DNA of 64,000 nucleotides from Octopus sinensis. Lineage: Eukaryota. A program made the translations under genes and the position numbers. The notes beneath the pieces were generated by a model, which ran no database searches, was not told the origin of the DNA, and saw nothing but the letters and a program-made list of their open reading frames with translations. Of the stretch, positions 40,007 through 53,767 are shown piece by piece. Positions within the stretch are counted from its first letter, which is position 1. Every line of letters begins with the position of its first letter. The DNA is taken from assembly GCF_006345805.1 (NCBI RefSeq), contig NC_043001.1:82460001-82524000 (forward strand). The letters run 5' to 3'.

Positions 40007-40337
40007 TGAAGGCACATAGCTCAGTGGTTAGAGCGAATAGTTTACGATCGTGAGGTTGTGAGCTCGAATCCCGGACCGGGCTGTGTGTTGTGTTCTTGAG
40101 CAAGACACTATATTTCACGTTGTTCCAATTCACTCAGCTGTAGAAATGAATTGCGACGTCACAGGTGCCAAGCTGTATCGGTCTTTGCCTTTCCTTTGGA
40201 TAACACTGGTGGCGTGGAAAGGCCGGTATGCATGGGCGACTGCTGGTCTTCCATAAACAACCTTGCTCGGACTTGTGCCTGGGAGGGTAACTACCTAGGT
40301 GCAATCCCATGGTCAGTCATGACCGAAGGGGGTCTCG
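40007..40337 (+). mobile_element. SINE family C variant with different tail; partial copy at 40876-41070
   Basis: TAGCTCAGTGG A-box, TCGAATCCC B-box, TTGAGCAAGACAC core, tail CCATGGTCAGTCATGACC. Confidence 0.8.
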
Positions 40338-40425
40338 CAATGTATGTATGTATGTATGTATGTATGTATGTATGTATGTATGTATGTATGTATGTATGTA
40401 TGTATGTATGCATGTATGTACGTAC

Positions 40426-40456
<31 letters not shown>

Positions 40457-41159
40457 TGTATGTATGTATGTATACATGTGTGCATGTATTTATGTATTTC
40501 ATTATTCAGTTTTATTTCAAGATTTTTTGCCAGTAGAGAAAGAGCCGGTTTCTAACCCAGATCCAAAGCTCCTTCATTGAAATTTCAACAACTTCAACAG
40601 GCTGTTTTTGTATGTATGTATACGTGCATATTTGTATGTTTTGCTTTATGTATGTCTTCTCATGCATATAGTTGCATATTTAGACATGCTCATCTATACT
40701 TAAATGATAAACTTCTGGCAAGTTTTACAGATATTTGTATATACATATGTATGTATGTATGTACGTATGCATGTATATATGTATGCAAGTATATACGAAA
40801 GCATGCAAGCATGTACGGGTGTGTCTGTATATATGTATGCATGTATGTATGTATTTATGTATGTATGTGTGTATAGTGAAGGCGCATGGCTCAGTGGTTA
40901 GAACGACGAGGTTGTTAGTTCGAATCCCGGACCGGGCTGTGTGTTTTGTTCTTGAGCAAGACACTTTATTCACGTTGCTCCAATTCATTCAGCTGTAGAA
41001 ATGAGATGTGACCTCATAGGTGCCAAGCCGTATCGGCCTTTGCCTTTCCCTTGGATAATACTGGTGGCGTGGACAGGAAAGGGAGGGATGATTTATGAAT
41101 ATATGGCTAGGATGATGGATGGCAGGATTTGAGACTTCGATTGATATATATTTTATATA

Positions 41160-41347
41160 TACACGACGGAATGAACAACCAGTAGCGCCGACTGAGAGCT
41201 CATTCCAATGCAGTCGCTGTATGCGTAACTGCCACCCCCGTGTTGGCCTGTACAGCCACAACAGACGCTGCACCACCATCGGTAGCTGACACGATTTTTT
41301 CAGGCGCAGATCCTTGGCACCTTGAGACCGACGGATTGCCTACTACA
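41160..41347 (+). mobile_element. RTE LINE extreme 3' end
   Basis: FQCSRCMRNCHPRVGLYSHNRRC C2H2-like motif, (TAC)n-like end. Confidence 0.65.
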
Positions 41348-41356
41348 ACACATATA

Positions 41357-41644
41357 CATTAATGCCTCGATATACGAGTTAATTTGTTCCCGGAGATCAT
41401 TTGTAAAGCTGAAACTCGTAAAGCGAAAAATCGTAAAGCAGAGCAATAATTCCCCATGGTAGTAAGGAAATTTTATGCCGTCATTTTATTCCGTTGCTGT
41501 GTAGATGCATCAGTACCAGTGCTGCCATATTTGGCGACTTTGTCACATACCAAATAGCCGTTTAATCTTTTCATATTTATTATAAAACATATCTCGTAAA
41601 TCCGGGTCTTGTAAAGCGGGTCCTCGTTATGTGAGGTATTACTG
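41357..41644. mobile_element. pogo/Tigger-like MITE
   Basis: TA|CATTAATGCCTCGATATACGAG ... CTCGTTATGTGAGGTATTACTG inverted ends; subterminal TCGTAAAG repeats. Confidence 0.75.
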
Positions 41645-41677
41645 GATATACATCCTATATACAAACATACATACATG

Positions 41678-42008
41678 CGCCTGGTTCTCCGTCAGTTACG
41701 ACGACGAGTGTTCCCGTTGATTCGATCAATGGAACAGCCTGCTCATGAAATTAACGTGCAAGTGACTGAGCACTCCACAGACATGCGTACCCTTAACGTA
41801 ATTGTCAAGGAGGTTCAGCCTGACACAGAATGTGACAAAGCTGACCCTTTGAAATTAAAGGTGCAACTCATGTTTTGCTAATTCAATGGACTACAGCAAC
41901 ATGAAATAAAGTGTTTTGCTGGAGGATACAAATAACTACCGGGATTCCAACGCATGACCTTACGAACGTAAGGGCGAATATCTCCACCCACTAAACGACA
42001 CGCCTTCT
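41678..42008 (-). mobile_element. SINE family C variant; related copy at 59607-59826 (+)
   Basis: Shared TGCTCAG.CACTTGCACGTTA.TTTCA...GCTGTTCC segment and tRNA-like head. Confidence 0.7.
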
Positions 42009-42799
42009 CATACGCATATACATGCATATATACATACATACCTGCATACGAATACACACATACACAAACATACATACAAAGACACGCACTCACACACATG
42101 CATACACTCAAGCATACATATATTCACGTATTTATAGATACGTATAGACACGCGTGCGTACGTATGTACACACATACATACATATACACATACATACATA
42201 CATACATATATACATACATGCATGCATGCATACATGCATACAATCAAGCTTACATGCATTCACGCATACATACATACCTAATACATACATACAAGCGAAC
42301 ATACATACATACCTTCACACATATACACATACATAGATATTCGCACACATACAAGCACATGTGTGTGTTGTAAACGCCATGGCCAACAAATTACAAACAT
42401 CGAAACGAAACAACAGGTGAAAAAAATAGCAAAACACATAAGAACATTATTACATAGAGTTTAAATAAAACTGGATACTGTTCATACATTTCGCCCACAT
42501 TCTTTATTAAACTTCAAACAAAAACCTGAATCATAGAGGAAGAAAATGATAATCACTACCACCTGATAGATTCTAAAAGGAAATGGAAGTTATGTGCCGA
42601 GGGAATTCTGTATCAGGAACTGCATCGCACTAAATTAGGAACTAAAAGCACGAGGCTGTTTGTCATTTGTCGCCATTTCCAAGCGTAAACCGCCATTGGC
42701 TGTTGTTGTTTGTGACAATTAACTACGTAGTGGTAGAGTTATTCTGCTACAGTTTTGATGCTGGGAACATGCTAATGGAGCAGAAATTCGCAAGCGGTC

Positions 42800-42830
<31 letters not shown>

Positions 42831-43459
42831 TGTATGTATGTAGTATGTATGTATGTATGTATGTATGTATGTATTATGTATGTATGTATGTATGTATGTA
42901 TGTATGTATGTCTTCTGTTTTCAATTGTCTGGAATCTTTCTGTAAGGCAGAAGCTAGTTTCTAACAAATATACGAATATCAATGCTTCGGATTAGAATGT
43001 CACGTTTTCAACTTCAGAAAAGACTTGCATATTTCGACTGTTCGAAATATGCATTTGTAAGTTAGGTATAATTATATATATTGAAATACACAAGCGCACA
43101 ATTATACACACCCCCACACACGCACATTTTGTGTCTGTAGCCACCAATCTTTGGGGTATTATGAAGAATGACACTTGAAATTTAACATAAGATGCTCATG
43201 GAATAAAAATATAAGATAACCAATGTATTGCTTTCTTTCTTTCTTTCTGTATCACCCTTTGTGTGTGTACATGTGTGTGTTAATATTTAGCAAAAGCAAC
43301 AGATTGAATCAAGGTCCTGCGTTGGCAGTTATGAAACTGACAAGTGCCAACGCACGAAACTTTCGAACCTTGAGTCACTCTGTTGGTTCTACTGCATATT
43401 AATAAAAATATACATATACTCATATTCTGGGTTCTACTTATCCTGTTTGCATCAACATA

Positions 43460-43503
<44 letters not shown>

Positions 43504-43684
43504 TGTATTTTTACCTTGTTAACAATTAACACGGAAAAATAAATAAATAGTTACCAGGGCAGCAAAATTCTCACAAGTAAAGGTGTTGTAACTCCTTGTT
43601 ATAAAGGTTGAAACTTCGTGTTTACGTTAAATATTTTGAATAATATGAATAAAAAATGGAGTTAACGCAGGTGTAAACAAGTAT

Positions 43685-43777
43685 TTTTACTTTCGACACA
43701 TGTTTCGAAAATTCCACTGATACTATTCAAAGAATAAATGGTATAAACAATGCAATCTTCTCTTCGGGAAAGTGAAA
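43685..43777 (-). ncRNA. Hammerhead motif in 3' pLTR
   Basis: TTTCACTTTC-CCGAAGA-GAAGATTGCATTG...CAGTGGAATTTTC-GAAAC-ATGT-GTC-GAAAGTAAAA. Confidence 0.8.
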
Positions 43778-43972
43778 AAACGAAACTCGTCAATAAGACA
43801 TTTTAGCAAAAATGATGGATTTGTATAGCGATAGACAGAACGCTATTAATATTGTTTAAAAGAACGTTATATGATATAACGTCATAAGTAGCTAACAGAA
43901 AGAGTAGGGATATTAAAAGTGAATGTTAAATATAAAGGAAATTAAAGTTTAAATTATATATAATGATAGAGA

Positions 43973-46300
43973 CTACTTATATGCACTAAATATATGTTTT
44001 TGCCAATGCTTACATCTGTATGCTCGCTCTATAACCGTGTTTACTAGAGTATTTTTAGAAAAAATAATGAAAAATAGCTCAGAATTGCAGAGAAGACAGA
44101 ATTTCTTGCCTTTGTCATATGGTATCGAAATTGAGAGGATCAACCATTCTAAATGAAATTGTTCATTGTGGTCTTTTAAATCCCAAATCAGTTTGCTGAG
44201 ACCGGTACTATTCCGTTTATTTCTATCCCTAAATGTTGAGTAATGGATAGAAATTCTTTTAGATAACTCTAACGATGTGCTTCCAATGTAAAATCGTACT
44301 TTATTACGAGTACTGATTATACACTGGTATATAGAATTTTTAATCTTAGAGTTACTTGACATAAATTTAATTATATTGGACTTGACTTCAGATACAATAA
44401 CCTTGTTATTAATATTTCTAGAGGGTTGGATGGTATTAGCTAAATTAATGTTAGTATTTGTAAATGTATTAATATTTAACAGTTTGTTATTATGAGAAGA
44501 TATAATTTGCAAGAGATTTTTTGTGTTTGAAAAACCTATCCTAATCTTATGTGAATTAATTATAGAGTAATATCTAGAATTGTTTGGAAAATTCCTAGCA
44601 ATAGCTTCACGAAACAGCAGTGGGAGATTAGATTTAATTTGTCTCCCGTAAGGAATTATTAACCAAATATTTTTACTAGTATTCATAGCGTAATTACTTT
44701 TGAAGGTGTTATATTTACTTTTAGATCGATAATAGGGGATTAAATAAGAGTTATCTGCCTTCATTCGCTTTGTATCGGTGCGTAAGTTATGTTTGTTATC
44801 AATAATTCTTTTATGACTAGAAATCTTATCTACATTATTGAATTTACAATTAGACTGAGCAGAATCAATGTAGAAAATTTTTTTCTGTATAACCTGCTTT
44901 GATTAAGGCAGAGTTATAGAATTCAGCGTTATTATTGAAAATATCAACATTAGCAGATAACTTAGATAATCTAAATGAAATATTCTTAACTAAATTCTTA
45001 GTAATTGCTCCAGGATGATTACTAAATTTGCTAATGTACTTAAGATTGGTCAACGGTTTATGATATGGGAAGTAAGAGTCCCTGTGTAAATTAAGCGTAA
45101 TATCTAAAAAGTTGGCCTTCGTCAGATCGTCATCAAAAACGATTTTTAAGCCCATTCTACTGAAAAAATTAACTACACTATTCTTAACTTTTTGTACCTT
45201 TTGGTTGGAAACATTTTGGAGGTAAAGTAAACAATCATCACGATATAGACCTCCATAAATGTTAGGGAACTCTTCAGCCATTTCAAAAAGAATATATATA
45301 CAGACCAAATCAGCTATCTGTGCTGAATCAGAACTTCCCATTGGTATATCGAAACTATCTGGTGTGTCTTTACGGACCCACAACTTATCATCAAATTTAA
45401 TAATAGATCTTCTGGCTGCCAACACAACATTAATTTCTTCTCGGGTGAGACCAGCTTTGTTATGAGCAAGCCAAAGTGCCTTATTAAGTACTATTGGATT
45501 AATAGACGAATAAAAATTGGAAATATCAAACTGGATAAACTTAGTACCCACCTTACTGTTAATAGACCTAAACCAGTCAACTACTTCAAATTAATTAGTC
45601 CATAACCTAAGTTTTAATGTTTTGATTAAATTAGGAATATATTTATCTAGTATATTTTTACTAAGGATACTGATGTCAGAGCTAGAAGGGCAGATAAGCC
45701 TTAATGATGAGTTAGTAAAAAAATTTGGTTTGTGATCCTTCAAAATGAACCGAAGTTGCTGAGGAACAAGTGGTTCTGTCTTCATTTGTAGGTTATATTT
45801 CTCCATGATTTTCATAGCCTCAATGTTGGCTTTCTTAAGTATTCTTTTATCAGCAATTTTATACTTTTTCTGAATTTCTTTTTTAAGTCATTCCAAATAA
45901 TAGTCTTTATAAAGTTTGTACATATTTCCAGTCTTATCAGATTGAACCAACATAGTATCCATAGAATTGATTTCTTTGGTGATGTTGCGAAGATACCTCA
46001 GATGTTTATTTCTAAGTGGTGATCGTTGAAATTTTACATTTCTCACAATGGACCAGAGATCATCTTCAAATTGCTTCAACCTTGGGTTAGGCGGCGGACT
46101 ATTTTTAGATTTAAATAACTTGTTGAACTCAGATGTTTTATCATTAGTGTGTTGTTGAGTGTCATTTTTGTCAAAGAAAAAGTAAGCCATCTTATTCGGT
46201 TGATTAATGAATTAATCTTATTGACAAGTTGTTTAAGGAAAACATTCTTAGGTGGAATAGGAATGTCCTTAAGAGATGCGTTAATATTCAATAACTCCAT
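43973..46300 (-). pseudogene. Disrupted PLE ORF (~775 codons): reverse transcriptase + C-terminal GIY-YIG endonuclease
   Basis: SLKDIPIP, SDKTGN, LKDHKPNF, FDISNFY, PMGSSDSAQIADL, GLYRDD, FLDITL, IYQC...FYIGST, CLLC..E...CKH; frameshifts near 46190 and 44880, in-frame stops at 45888 (TGA) and 45591 (TAA). Confidence 0.92.
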
Positions 46301-46545
46301 ATGCTGTAACTATTCAGTTAGCAGGTTATTAATAAACCTGATTAAAGTATTATAAATAGATGAGTGTATTTTTACCTTGTTAACAATTAACACGGAAAAA
46401 TAAATAAATAGTTACCAGGGCAGCAAAAATCTCACAAGTAAAGGTGTTGTAACTCCTTGTTATAAATGTTAAAACTTCGTGTTTACGTTGAATATTTTGA
46501 ATAATATGAATAAAAAATGGAGTTAACGCAGGTGTAAACAAGTAT

Positions 46546-46639
46546 TTTTACTTTCGACACATGTTTCGAAAATTCCACTGATACTATTCAAAAGAATAAA
46601 TGGTATAAACAATGCAATCTTCTCTTCGGGAAAGTGAAA
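46546..46639 (-). ncRNA. Hammerhead motif in 5' pLTR
   Basis: Same motif as 43685-43777. Confidence 0.8.
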
Positions 46640-46688
46640 AAACGAAACTCGTCAATAAGACATTTTAGCAAAATTGACGAGTTTCGTT

Positions 46689-46782
46689 TTTCACTTTCCC
46701 GAAGAGAAGATTGCATTGTTTATACCATTTGTTCTTTTGAATAGTATCAGTGGAATTTTCGAAACATGTGTCGAAAGTAAAA
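46689..46782 (+). ncRNA. Hammerhead motif in inverted pLTR
   Basis: Same motif read directly on + strand. Confidence 0.8.
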
Positions 46783-46817
46783 ATACTTGTTTACACCTGC
46801 GTTAACTCCATTTTTTA

Positions 46818-46849
<32 letters not shown>

Positions 46850-46859
<10 letters not shown>

Positions 46860-47249
46860 AAAGTCAAGTTGTGTGTCTGTCTCCTACGATTTAGATTCCT
46901 AACTACTCCCACATTTTGCGGTGCAGTGTAACCAAAAGCGGGTATCTTATAGTCGTGATTCATATCGAGCCCTTTTGGGTATTAGCGCGCGTCTACGATG
47001 AGTCTACAATTAAAAAAAAAATTACCATCATTTTTTTTTCCATTTTAATGCATTTTTTCGCTTTTATATAAGGGAAGTAACTCTCTAAAAATGTTTACGA
47101 TGAGTCAACGATTTAAAAAAAAATTTACCATCATTTTTTTTCCATTTTTAATGCATTTTTTTTGCTATTTTTTGGGGGCTATAACTCTCTAAAAATGCTT
47201 ATATAGTTATTTCCCTTACAAACCCGAGCAACGCCGGGCGATACTGCTA

Positions 47250-47250
<1 letters not shown>
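46850..47250 (+). mobile_element. Non-autonomous Helitron
   Basis: 3' hairpin CCCG-AGCAACGC-CGGG then CTAG|T; 5' T.TATATATAAA; internal ~100-bp tandem duplication; within (TA)n. Confidence 0.8.
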
Positions 47251-47282
<32 letters not shown>

Positions 47283-47658
47283 GCCAATGTTAATACCGCT
47301 AATGTTAGGCATAGCGTGTAGCATAAGAGTGCACTGGAAGGCTTTCCACGTTAAGCAAAGTTTTGGGCTCAATAAAATATTTCACACTCCTCTCGTATAC
47401 CCAATGTGGTTAGATAATGCTGTCATACTTTCAAATAACCTAATCTGCAGAATTCGGGTCGCATTATAGTAAAGTTTTATAAAGCATACACGTGTTTTTA
47501 AAACACACAAAGATACAGTAAAACGACCTTCCTTGCTGCGCAAATCACCTTCTCAGTGTTTGTTTTACTATCGTTTTACTGAAACAACTGTATGTTTTAA
47601 AATACCAATTATATTTCATGCGTTTCTTCTAGCAATATATACGGATGTGTGTGTGTGT

Positions 47659-47724
<66 letters not shown>

Positions 47725-48269
47725 TAAGCTGAAACTTTACGTATCGTTACTCTACTGTTTCAACTACCGACCTTGGGGCCTTTATTCAGTATAAAACTTG
47801 AAATTTGATATACAATGTGTATATATATAAATCTCTGAATATCATGGCAGACAGTGGTTAGTTGTATAAAATATTAACGGAATATTACTGGGTCATGATT
47901 GGGTCGAAAAATAGATCAGAGATTGCAGTTAAAGTGGTTTGTGATAAGAATGACTCATGCAAAGCAATATGAAAAGAATAAGATTAATTATGTCTCTAAA
48001 TATATATGATATATACAAAAGAGTAAAAGTTACACATATATTGGCAGTGCGTAACTTTAAAGGAAAATTTGAGAGAGGAAGGGAGATAATGGTTTTAAAA
48101 AGATAGTGGTTTTAAAAAGGTGTTGATAAAATTACAAAAAAGTGTGGTTATAAACTGATTTTTAAACTTCTAATGTTCCAGTCAGCCATTAGGCTTTACC
48201 TAACGAGGAAGTAAAATTTTTTGAAGCATACCTAAAGTTTCTGAATGTTCATTTCATCATTTGTTATTT

Positions 48270-48470
48270 CAAAGTAATATCTATAATTTTCCACCTAAAC
48301 AGGGGCTGCAGTACAATCTTGATTAAAAGCTAATCAATCATTATATTTTAAATGTTACGGATATGGATTTTTTTCTGAACCAAATGTGTTTGGAGACACT
48401 TGTTGAAAAGTTTCCTTCGGGTATCTTAAATATATGAATATGGTGATAGCAAAGAACTTCAAAGCGTTCA
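48270..48470 (-). mobile_element. Old PLE GIY-YIG relic
   Basis: YHHIHIFKIPEGNFSTSVSKHIW and YCSPCL..KL*ILL resemble IHYSTFRDRNKRNSTGLSKLIW and FCLLCNSEL of the 44 kb element. Confidence 0.5.
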
Positions 48471-49205
48471 AAATTATATTCCTGCAGGGGTACTGATATT
48501 TTCAAATTGAACTTCAGCACAGTAGCTTAAAGCTTTCAAAATACAGTAACTATTCAGGGGTATTTGTTTGGAGTAATGTTGCTACAAATACGAAAAGAAA
48601 CTACAATATTGTTATAGGAAATGTTTCTAGAATAAAAACGGTTATTGAAGGTAACAAAATGTTTACAATATGAATAGCTTGCATTCATCTTATTTTCAAT
48701 AAAATACTCTTTCCTTTATTTTATTGGAAAATGGTAAAGATTTTAAGCTTATAGAGACTATAGTATTGCGGGTGCGGACTTTTAAACTAAAGACTGTAAT
48801 ACACCATAAAATATTCTCACTTTTACGCTTGGAAGCATTATACGATTATATAGTTTTTTTCTTTTCTTTTCTGTATAGTAACAATTATTATGCTGTGCTT
48901 CATGTTAGTAATGAATACAACTTCATCAAAATATGTGTAGAATGTATAATTATTACTTAATTAAGAGCTAAATTTGTTGGAAATCTTATCATTCAAATAG
49001 TCTATATATACATATTATACATAAACACATATGTATATATACACTTACATATACATACATGTGCGTATTATCTGTATGTGTGTATGTGTGTGTGTAACGA
49101 AGATAAAATACAAATGCAATAAAAATGCAGAGATCGTTTATAGTTAGTATTATTAGGTTGACGTTCAAAGGAAAAGAGTTATAGAGTAAAAGTTATTGAG
49201 TGAAA

Positions 49206-49240
49206 GTCTAATGTTTCGGACATAGTCTTTCGTCAGAAAC
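49206..49240 (-). ncRNA. Minimal hammerhead-like motif (related motifs at 4709-4744, 12532-12567, 19126-19161)
   Basis: GTTT-CTGACGA-AAGACTATGTCC-GAAAC-ATT-AGAC. Confidence 0.5.
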
Positions 49241-49910
49241 GAGAGAAAATGGAGGGCAGAGACGAAATGAAGAAAAGAAGTATGAAAAGAGAGAATAGAG
49301 CTAAGAGAACAAAAGTCATTACCATAACAAATATTAATAGTTCAATACCTAGTTGCACGAAGATTTGGGATTATGTAACAAGAAAAATTAGAGAAGAATT
49401 AAAATTGTCACTTAACACTTGCAAATATGTAATCTCTGAAGGAGACATGATACCTGTAGTAATATATCTGAATATGCCTCCTAACACTCTCACCTGGTTT
49501 CCTAATCATCATCTTCATCATCATCATCATCATCAACAACAACAACAACAACAACAACAACAGCAGCAGCAGCAGCAGTATCCGGTCGGGCTACTTGCCC
49601 GGACTAATAATCGTATCGTTATTTCGGCATGTAAATGTCTCATCTGCGTGTGCCACGACTACTGATGACAGCTGTAGTTCGCTAACTGAACAGGTTGACC
49701 ATGGCCGTTGAACAGTTTGTTGAGTGTTCATACACACTGCCTCTAGTGATAGTCGCCAGTGACTTGGGAAGTTCATTTGACGAAATTGTTCGCATCCACC
49801 ATGGTACATTCCATTATTTCAATATAATCCTGATCGGGTGATTACCGGAAGCTAGGCTGTTATTTGGTCCGAGACTGCTTATTGCCATATTCACAGCTGA
49901 CCTTTATTTA

Positions 49911-50062
49911 CATGCTAATTAACCCGTAGCTGAAATTATGACGGGTGCTGTTACTTTGAGTCGGAGCAGACCTTTGAACAGTAGTGACTAAGAGGTAACT
50001 CTACTCTTCTGAAAAGCATGGGGCTCTTAAACCAGAACCCCGCTACCGGATGCAGTTTAAGA
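49911..50062. repeat. Dispersed repeat shared with 52374-52525 (possible LINE 5' UTR)
   Basis: CATGCTAATTAACCC...TAAGAGGT...TAAACCAG...TACCGGATGCAGTTT in both. Confidence 0.65.
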
Positions 50063-50627
50063 CTAAGAGTCAACGTAAATACTTAAAATATAATAAATAT
50101 TATAGCAAAATGCTCGTACTCCAAATATATTCTCCTCTGAAAACATCTGAAATATTAAAACGAGTTACTGGCGAGTTTTATTGTGCTTGACTTAGTCTCA
50201 AACAGCTGCAATATAGTTGTATTAGTCCTCTGATTGCAGTGGTGTGCCGAAAATTTGGACAGCTCACAAAGTAAATTGAAAATAATTGTATGACTTTTTA
50301 TTAACTTTTAGAAGGGTATGATGGTTCTACCACAGTGTAACGGCTTCAGTTTCATCACACAATTTCGGTTCAGGACACTGCCAATCATCAACTACACCGA
50401 AACTATGAATGAGTGTTAGAGATCTAGAGAAGCTGTCGAATAAAATTAGGCATTATAAAATGGTTTAGACCTCAAAATTCACTGTAATTCGCTCTCGATA
50501 TAATAAATTGCGATATACGATTCCTAAGCCGAGAAAGGCTACAATAATGATGATATTGGTGGTGGTAGTGGAGGTGTTGTTGTTGTTGGTGGTGGTGGTA
50601 ATGATGAAGATGATTTTAATAATAATA

Positions 50628-50673
<46 letters not shown>

Positions 50674-50785
50674 TTATTTTAAATAAAAATTATGATGGCG
50701 GTGGAGCTAGTGGTAGTTAATATTGGCATGAGGCCACATATATGAAGGGAATTGTGTAATCGATTCTAACATTTAACAATTTCAG

Positions 50786-50858
<73 letters not shown>

Positions 50859-50914
50859 CAACAACAATAATAACAACAACAACAACAATAATAATAATAA
50901 TAACAATAATAATA

Positions 50915-50955
<41 letters not shown>

Positions 50956-50964
50956 TAATAATAA

Positions 50965-50995
<31 letters not shown>

Positions 50996-51420
50996 TCTAA
51001 ACTTGGCATGAGATCAAATTATCGGAAGAGTGGGTGGGGCTGGGTGCAGTCAATTTAATCGGCTCTAGTATTTATTGGTACTTACATCATCTAACCCCGA
51101 AAGAACGCAAAACAAAATCGACCTTGGCAACAAAATAGTAGTAGTAGTAGTAGTAATGATGGTAGAGGCGGTGTTAATAGTAGTAGTTTTGGTGGTGGTA
51201 GTAGTAGTAGCGGTAGTAGCAGCGACAGTAGTCGTAGTACTAATAGTAGTAATGAAGGTAGAGGCGATATTAATAGTAGTAGTGTTGGTAGTAGTAGTAG
51301 TTGTAGTACTAGTAGTAGAAACGGTGGTGGGTGGTGGTAGTAGTAGAAGTAGTAGTAGTGGGAGTAGTGGTGGTGGTAGTGGTGGTCGTCGTCGTGGCGG
51401 TGATTATAGTGGTGGTAGTG

Positions 51421-51454
<34 letters not shown>

Positions 51455-53057
51455 CAGCAGCAGCAGCAGTATAAAACAATAAATATTGATAACAGCGATC
51501 ACTATATTATACGCTAAATGTTCAAATTTTTCTGCTAAACACACCATTCCTACCCAGTCCTCTGAATACTCAAATGTTCGGAATAACTTTTGTATATAGC
51601 TTCCGGCAAGAGCACTCACTTTACGTCAGTCAAGTTTTCTCTTATGTACATGGTATTTCTGTAAGTCACTGTTGTCTTGTGCGAGTATAATCCTCATTAT
51701 CTTTGTAATCCTTCGTTAATTCCTCCGGTTATCTCAAAGAAATCCAGGTATTATATTACTGGGCTTTCTTTTAGTTTAGTTTTGTTTTGTTTTTCTTAAT
51801 TCATCATATGGTTGCATATTTAGCAAATGAACGCGTGAAAATGGTTATTTTTTTAATTATATAATTAGCAGATAACTGCAGGATTAAATTCTTTCGAACG
51901 TCCTTGAACTCCATGAAAATCGAGTATAACTGATTTTGGAATTTTTAAAATGATGATGGTACTTTCTTCCTGTCCGAAGATCACAAGGAAAAGCGCCACG
52001 CTCTCAAGTGACTATGTAAACTGATTCTTGACGCTGCGGATCTTTTTGTCTTGTCCTGCATTTAGTAGTCTTACATTAAGAGTTAGTCATCGCAATCCCA
52101 TCCTATTCTGTAGATTTGGACGTCTGACAACAGTGGCTCAACAGGCTAAGATGCCTGAGGTGATCAGCAGGTTATAGGTTTCTTCTAGGTGAATTACCTT
52201 ACAGAGTTGGAGAGTTCCAACTACCTGGAGTCGTCAGAAGGGTGTCAAAAGGATCACCGGACGGCCTAACGGACACCACTTTTATTTAGTGTCGAGGTTG
52301 ACTCCCTCGGCCTTTTCTTTTCCAAAGATATTCAAAAGGTTCTGAGAGTTTGTGCTTGGAGTTTCTTCCATAGCATGCTAATTAACCCATAACTGAGGCC
52401 CTAACAGGTGTTACAATTCTGGGTCAAAGTGAACCTGACAGCAATAGTAGTTAAGAGGTGGTTCCACATTTCTCAGACCCTGAAGCTCCTAAACCAGGAT
52501 CCCAGTACCGGATGCAGTTTGAATTCATGCCCAAGACATAATCTTTAGAATAATTTAAGCTAAAATATAAGAACCAGTTGAATAAAATCTTATTTAGATA
52601 GATTGACTTTTTCTTTACAAATAGAAATGATTGATTGATTAACGGAATGATTAATCATGCAACCGACTACTTAAATAATTAAATAGTTAATCAATAACGA
52701 ATAATAAAGAAATGAAATATTACTAGTCCCACGAATTGTGTTTAAAACATGTCTAATACTAATCCCGTTTTATGCGGTCTAGTAAAAGAAAGGGGTCAGT
52801 GTCCGGGACCTTGTGCATTTTCAGGGTCTCCGAGGTTGGTGGGATGAGAAGAAGAAGTTATCCGCAAAGTAGAGCCCTGGCTCAAAATGCTTCCAACAGA
52901 GTAAAACATCATTAAATGAATCCATGGACTTGATACTGGTTTAAACCTTGTGACGTATTTGATTACTATTCTAAGAACTCAGAAAGCAAAGAGCAGGATC
53001 AAATGCCATATAATAATAGTGATGACTCTGTCAATTCGCCTTTACATACATAATACA

Positions 53058-53091
<34 letters not shown>

Positions 53092-53099
53092 CATACATT

Positions 53100-53133
<34 letters not shown>

Positions 53134-53141
53134 ACACACAC

Positions 53142-53217
<76 letters not shown>

Positions 53218-53492
53218 ATATAGGGTCTGCTTTTTTATCATGCCAAGGCGCATAAAGGAATAAAAAAAAGATCTCCAAACTGCTCCTGGATGAATAAATT
53301 CCAGATAACCCGCCTACACCCTAACATATCCCTGCAAGCAATACATCTTTATTCGAATGGGCTATGATACCAAAAGAAGGACTGTATTATTAATCATTAT
53401 TAAACGTTTTTCCCCCAGGTGGTACTATTAATTTGGCCATGGCCATGGCTTGGACCAATTCTGGCCGAAACTTATCTAAGTATTTAAGTATT

Positions 53493-53526
<34 letters not shown>

Positions 53527-53767
53527 TTTATGTATGTATGTCATTATTCAGTTTATTTCAAGATTTCTTGTCAATAGAGAAAGAACCGGTTTCTAACCTA
53601 GATCCAAGGCTTCATTGTAATTTCAACTTCAACAGGGTATGTATGTATGTATGTATGTATGTATGTATGTATGTATGTATGTATGTATGAATGCATGTAT
53701 GTATGTATGTATGTATGTATGTATGTATGTATGTATGTATGTGTATTTATGTATGTATGTATGTGTG

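Larger units (their letters stand above)
43501..46824 (-). mobile_element. Penelope-like element (Hydra-clade-like), near full length, with direct and inverted pseudo-LTRs, in (TA)n
   Basis: RT + GIY-YIG; direct repeats 43501-43811 and 46362-46673; inverted copy 46674-46824; (TA)n on both sides. Confidence 0.93.

Noticed and set aside
45888-45890. In-frame TGA in the PLE ORF as possible selenocysteine (as reported for some Naiad PLEs)
   Set aside because: The same ORF also has a TAA stop and two frameshifts, and no SECIS was recognised; decay is the simpler explanation
49249-49665. ORF with poly-His/poly-Gln
   Set aside because: Composed of repeat remnant and (CAT)(CAA)(CAG) microsatellite; no recognisable domain
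49660-49700. CTGATGA hammerhead core
   Set aside because: No GAAA box follows the putative stem II
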